Shown here piece by piece: positions 62,100 through 64,000 of a stretch of DNA of 64,000 nucleotides. Below the pieces are notes generated by a model, which saw only the letters and a list, made by a program, of their open reading frames with translations, ran no database searches and was not told where the DNA came from. How positions within the stretch are numbered: position 1 is the stretch's first letter; each line of letters starts with the position of its first letter. The position numbers and the translations under genes are program-made. The DNA lies in contig DAONDZ010000003.1 of NCBI GenBank assembly GCA_035402825.1, positions 4,965 to 68,964 of the forward strand, read 5' to 3'. Source of the stretch: a bacterium. GTDB lineage: Bacteria > Patescibacteriota > Patescibacteriia > Patescibacteriales > UBA12465.

Positions 62100-64000
62100 T
62101 TACTCCTCATCAAAACCGGCATTAGCGCTGTCGAGGTCTTCGACGGTCGGCGCTTCTCGCTCGGTCGTAACTTTGTATTCACTATCGACATCGTCGGCCT
62201 CGCTGTCGTCGTTATCATAAACCTCAGAATCGCCTTGATTGATTTCCGGCAAAACCGGAGGTTTCTCAATCGTTGGATCTTCCAAATCTTCTTCATAATC
62301 TTTTTCAAACTTGGCGCCCAAAAGCTCCACGTTCAAACACAAACCTTTCAATTCAGAAATTAAAACATTAAATACTTCCGGAACGTTCTGTTTGTGGATC
62401 TCTTCGCCTTTGATTACCGCTTCATAAGCTTTGCTGCGGCCGGTAACATCATCGGATTTGATGGTTAATACCTCCTGCAAAGTATGAGCAGCGCCATAAC
62501 CTTCCAAAGCCCAGACTTCCATTTCACCGAAACGCTGGCCACCGAATTGAGCTTTACCGCCTAAAGGCTGCTGGGTGATTAAGGAATAAGGACCAATAGA
62601 ACGCTGGTGGATTTTATCTTCCACCATATGGTTTAATTTCAACATGTATTTAATACCCACAGTAATCTTGTTGTCATAAGCTTCACCAGTTTTGCCGTCA
62701 TACAACCAAACTTTACCATCTTCCGGCAAGCCGGCCTTTTTTAACTCTTCTTTAATCTGATCTTCAGTAATACCATTCAAAGGCGGAGTAGCGGCGCGAT
62801 AACCTAATTTAGAAGCGGCAAAACCCAAATGAGTTTCCAACAATTGACCCAAGTTCATACGAGAGATAATACCTAACGGAGATAAAATCACATCCACCGG
62901 AGTACCATCGGCCATATAAGGCATATCTTCAGCCGGAACAATTTTGGAAATAACGCCTTTATTACCATGGCGGCCGGACATCTTGTCGCCGACTTGAACT
63001 TTGCGCAAATTAGCGACAGTCACCTGAATGGATTTCAAAACGCCGGTAGATAGCTTGTCGCCTTCTTCCCGAGAAAATATTTTGACATCCACCACCTTGC
63101 CATGTTCACCATGCTCTAAATATAAAGAAGAATCGCGAACATCTTTGGCCTTCTCGCCGAAAATGGCGCGTAATAATTTTTCTTCAGCGCTTAACTTGGT
63201 TTCACCTTTCGGAGTAATTTTTCCCACCAAAATATCACCGGAGGAAACTTCGGCGCCAATTCTGATAATACCGTCTTCATCCAAATTGCTTAACTTCTCT
63301 TCAGAGATATTCGGGATATCATTGGTGATGATTTCCTGACCTAATTTGGTATCGCGGACATCAATAGTATAATTTTCAATATGAATAGAGGAGTAGATAT
63401 CGCGATGGACTAATCTTTCGGAAATAATAACGGCATCTTCATAGTTGAAACCTTCATAAGTCATGAAAGCCACTAAGACATTGCGGCCTAAAGCCAATTC
63501 ACCATTATCAATAGCCGGACCATCGGATAAGATTTGACCTCTCTTCACTTTGTCACCGACATCCACTAACGGGTGTTGGTTAATACAGGTTAAAGAGTTG
63601 GAGCGCAAAAACTTATTCAAATTATAGCGCAAAGTCTTGCCCTTCTTGGTTTCTATTTCAATAGTCAAAGCATCAACCTTGGTAATAACTCCATCTTCAT
63701 CGGCAATTATCACGTGACCGCTGTCGCGGGCGGCAATAGCTTCAATGCCGGTACCCACCACCGGGGCTTCGCTCTTCACCAAAGGCACAGCCTGACGTTG
63801 CATGTTGGTACCCATCAAAGATCTTTGACCATCGTTGTGCTCCATGAAAGGGATCAAGGAAGTAGCGATGGAAATAATCTGGTTGGCGGCCACACCGACT
63901 AAATCAATATTTTCCACATCTTCGGTAGCCGGTTTGCCGTATTTGCGCACGTCATGGCGAGAGACGATAAAGCGGCCCTCGTTATCCACCGGAATAGTGG
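62100..64000 (-). CDS. rpoB: DNA-directed RNA polymerase subunit beta (3' part; the N-terminus lies beyond the window)
   Basis: [20 protein letters not shown] and [14 protein letters not shown] motifs. The frame stays open to the window edge. It has an acidic C-terminal tail of ~70 aa. Confidence 0.96.
   Translation of the reverse strand, partial: TIPVDNEGRFIVSRHDVRKYGKPATEDVENIDLVGVAANQIISIATSLIPFMEHNDGQRSLMGTNMQRQAVPLVKSEAPVVGTGIEAIAARDSGHVIIADEDGVITKVDALTIEIETKKGKTLRYNLNKFLRSNSLTCINQHPLVDVGDKVKRGQILSDGPAIDNGELALGRNVLVAFMTYEGFNYEDAVIISERLVHRDIYSSIHIENYTIDVRDTKLGQEIITNDIPNISEEKLSNLDEDGIIRIGAEVSSGDILVGKITPKGETKLSAEEKLLRAIFGEKAKDVRDSSLYLEHGEHGKVVDVKIFSREEGDKLSTGVLKSIQVTVANLRKVQVGDKMSGRHGNKGVISKIVPAEDMPYMADGTPVDVILSPLGIISRMNLGQLLETHLGFAASKLGYRAATPPLNGITEDQIKEELKKAGLPEDGKVWLYDGKTGEAYDNKITVGIKYMLKLNHMVEDKIHQRSIGPYSLITQQPLGGKAQFGGQRFGEMEVWALEGYGAAHTLQEVLTIKSDDVTGRSKAYEAVIKGEEIHKQNVPEVFNVLISELKGLCLNVELLGAKFEKDYEEDLEDPTIEKPPVLPEINQGDSEVYDNDDSEADDVDSEYKVTTEREAPTVEDLDSANAGFDEE

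Noticed and set aside
62093-62308. 71-aa minus-strand ORF overlapping the rpoB 3' end in another frame.
   Set aside because: It overlaps the in-frame acidic tail of rpoB. It is very basic with a repeat-like composition that mirrors the acidic tail, which is a frame artefact.
1-64000. Looked for CRISPR arrays, rRNA genes, transposases, integrases and inverted-repeat-bounded insertion sequences.
   Set aside because: No short direct-repeat/spacer periodicity, no rRNA-like conserved stretches, and no ORF with DDE, tyrosine/serine recombinase or Cas motifs were seen. Intergenic regions are all under ~190 nt.
1-64000. Possible alternative genetic code (UGA recoding, as in some CPR lineages).
   Set aside because: Long conserved genes (rpoC, leuS, lepA, dnaB and the 7.8-kb ORF) are intact under the standard bacterial code, with TAA, TAG and TGA all acting as stops at sensible positions.

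Overview
This 64-kb window is densely coding (about 55 CDS and one tRNA) and is arranged in long co-directional blocks with many overlapping or abutting stop and start codons. No rRNA, CRISPR array, transposase or integrase was seen. Housekeeping genes are confidently recognisable: dnaB, ybaB, recR, purB, rplU, murA, galU, gatB, miaA, miaB, mltG, rsmA, leuS, xth, rnhA, recJ, lepA, murJ, rpoC and a 3' partial rpoB. Three features together suggest a small-genome, fermentative, Patescibacteria/CPR-like bacterium using the standard code: a four-subunit pyruvate:ferredoxin oxidoreductase with an ADP-forming acetyl-CoA synthetase, pilin-like proteins, and very large Cys-rich exoproteins. This is an inference and was not verified by any search. 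The unusual content is all cell-surface related. (1) A 2,585-aa Cys-rich modular surface protein is preceded by a small membrane protein with Ca-binding DxDxDG repeats. (2) A self-contained cassette encodes a beta-propeller-like protein with a Bacteroidota-type T9SS C-terminal sorting domain. (3) Two tandem genes fuse a type IV prepilin N-terminus to a FISUMP (Fibrobacter major paralogous) domain, and they sit directly behind gatB. (4) The por operon is interrupted and then followed by two secreted proteins that share a VirB2/TrbC-like two-helix membrane module. One of them also carries an alpha/beta-hydrolase-like module and an M15/LAS peptidoglycan peptidase. (5) A compact five-gene dTTP operon contains a tandem-domain ThyX-like protein whose catalytic motif is split between its halves. 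All domain calls come from motif reading by eye, and no database search was possible.
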